Shown here one piece after another: positions 62,451 to 64,000 of a stretch of DNA of 64,000 bases. This DNA is from Selaginella moellendorffii (Eukaryota > Plantae > Lycopodiophyta), in NCBI RefSeq assembly GCF_000143415.4, contig NW_003314375.1, positions 372,001 through 436,000 on the forward strand, in the 5' to 3' direction. Numbering within the stretch: position 1 is the first letter of the stretch; each line of letters opens with the position of its first letter. Below the pieces are notes generated by a model. It was not told the DNA's origin and searched no databases. It saw only the letters and a list, made by a program, of their open reading frames with translations. Position numbers and translations under genes: made by a program.

Positions 62451-64000
62451 TACATGGCAGCCTACTCTACTTTCTTACAGACAAAGCCATGAACTGTTTT
62501 TAAAAAAGCCATTTCTGAAGGAATAAGACAGCATTAAATAAACTGTTGTGCGTGTTTATAGACACAACTTTGAAGCCATGAGCTTGGTTTGATTCGGTAC
62601 ATGATATTTGTACATTAACTCAGGGCATAGAAATGATTTCTGTGTTTGATTATATGTCATTCCAGATCACGATCCTAAAAAACGCTTAAAACATTCAAAA
62701 GGAAGCGTGCAGGCAGAAAACAGTTCAGAAGAGTGATCTGCACATACAAGAATCTCTATTCTATTGTGCTATTGCTATGTTTGCTTGAATATAAAACAGA
62801 AAAAAAACCAAAAAAACTTATCGATAAGAAACTGCATTGTTGCGTGACGAGCTAAACAGAACTAACACCTACCAAAGCTATTCTACTTTGCTGAAACTAC
62901 TAGCCTATTATACAAATTGAAATAACTAGCTGGAAATGGGCCGCAAAAGAAAGCAGAAAACTATGGATGCCATTTTAGAAGGGGATGTAATTGTAGCAAA
63001 TGCTACTGGAAATCAAGAACTCATACCGTTTACCACTAGTGGAGATTTGTTTGGAAACTAATATGGGCAAAAACAATGCTTGCAACAATGCTTGCAGAAT
63101 ATGATGTTATGCCAATTGGCACCACCCATGGATTTGTCAAAAATTGCAGCATTAAGATCAACAAGCTGTGAAGGAGTGGTGTAAAAAAGAGTGCTCCTGG
63201 CCTTGAGAACGACTTGGGCATGAAGAAAGTTCGAGCGGCTTAAAAGAAAATGCCAGCAGTAAGTTCCTATTTCCTTTTCACCATTTCTAACTTCATTTGC
63301 TTGCATTTTTCTTTTTTGATGAAAAAAAGTTGGAACAAAAAGGAAAGCAAGGGAGTTGAAATGTAAAGAAAGAATTGTAAAACGTTTATTGATATATAAA
63401 TAAAGACCAAAGTTGAATCGAGATCTTTCACTAATCATCCAATATATTTAAACTAAAGAGCCTCATTGATCATTGCAGTAGGTGGCCCTAATTATTTTAA
63501 TCTATATATATAAATTTAATATAATATTGGAAGTTTCAAACCAAATAATGAAAAATATGCACCTTATTCACAATGAAATATTTTAGAATACTGCTCAAGA
63601 AACGGAAATAAAAATAAAAAAACAAACATAATTATAAATGCAATGAGCAACTAATGGGTGGTCTTGATAAATTATTAAAAGAGATAAATCCCTATGCTAA
63701 TGCATTCAAAAAATGGTAAGAAATAGAGAATGAAGAGTTAAATTCAACAAATATTCAAGGAGGCATAAGTTATATTGTAATACATATAAAAGGCAATTGG
63801 ACAACTGATCCAAGATGATATAATGCACTAGGTTCAAATGATTTTAAACATTTAGTTGTACAAAGATGGTATTCATTGATGAAGTTTTTTATTATGTCTA
63901 CTATATATGATATTTTTAAAGCAAAAAATATGTTCAATATGTCTAAAAATATAGTATAGAATCAATGAAAGACTCCTTCTTCTAGAACAAAAACTTTATA

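Overview
Land-plant nuclear DNA with short GT-AG introns. The phytochrome sequence closely matches what I recall of Selaginella (lycophyte) PHY1, so the host is probably Selaginella. The first 11 kb is GC-rich and genic. It holds a canonical phytochrome (minus strand, last exon outside the window) and, only ~400 bp upstream, a six-exon NB-ARC-LRR (NLR) gene of ~2260 aa. The NLR has a very unusual N-terminal half containing ~20 copies of a C-L-A-I-V-P-type repeat. The rest is an AT-rich field of nested transposons and gene fragments. The main find is an 18.5-kb DNA transposon (37691-56184) with perfect 24-bp TIRs and an ACTT target duplication, inserted into an LTR. It carries a Sola1-like DDE transposase and a divergent multi-exon cargo gene (ParB/Srx-like domain, degenerate N4/N6 DNA-methyltransferase-like domain, acidic linker, FCP1/NIF HAD-phosphatase-like domain). 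It also has ~26 dispersed copies of a 22-bp palindrome (ATGGCRTG-N6-CAYGCCAT) that I saw only inside the element, several at a fixed position in the cargo introns. A 5.6-kb self-priming chromovirus (Tcn1/Tf1-sushi type) is nested in the cargo gene. Both transposon genes carry premature stops in this copy. All domain calls are by eye from motifs; no database searches were run.
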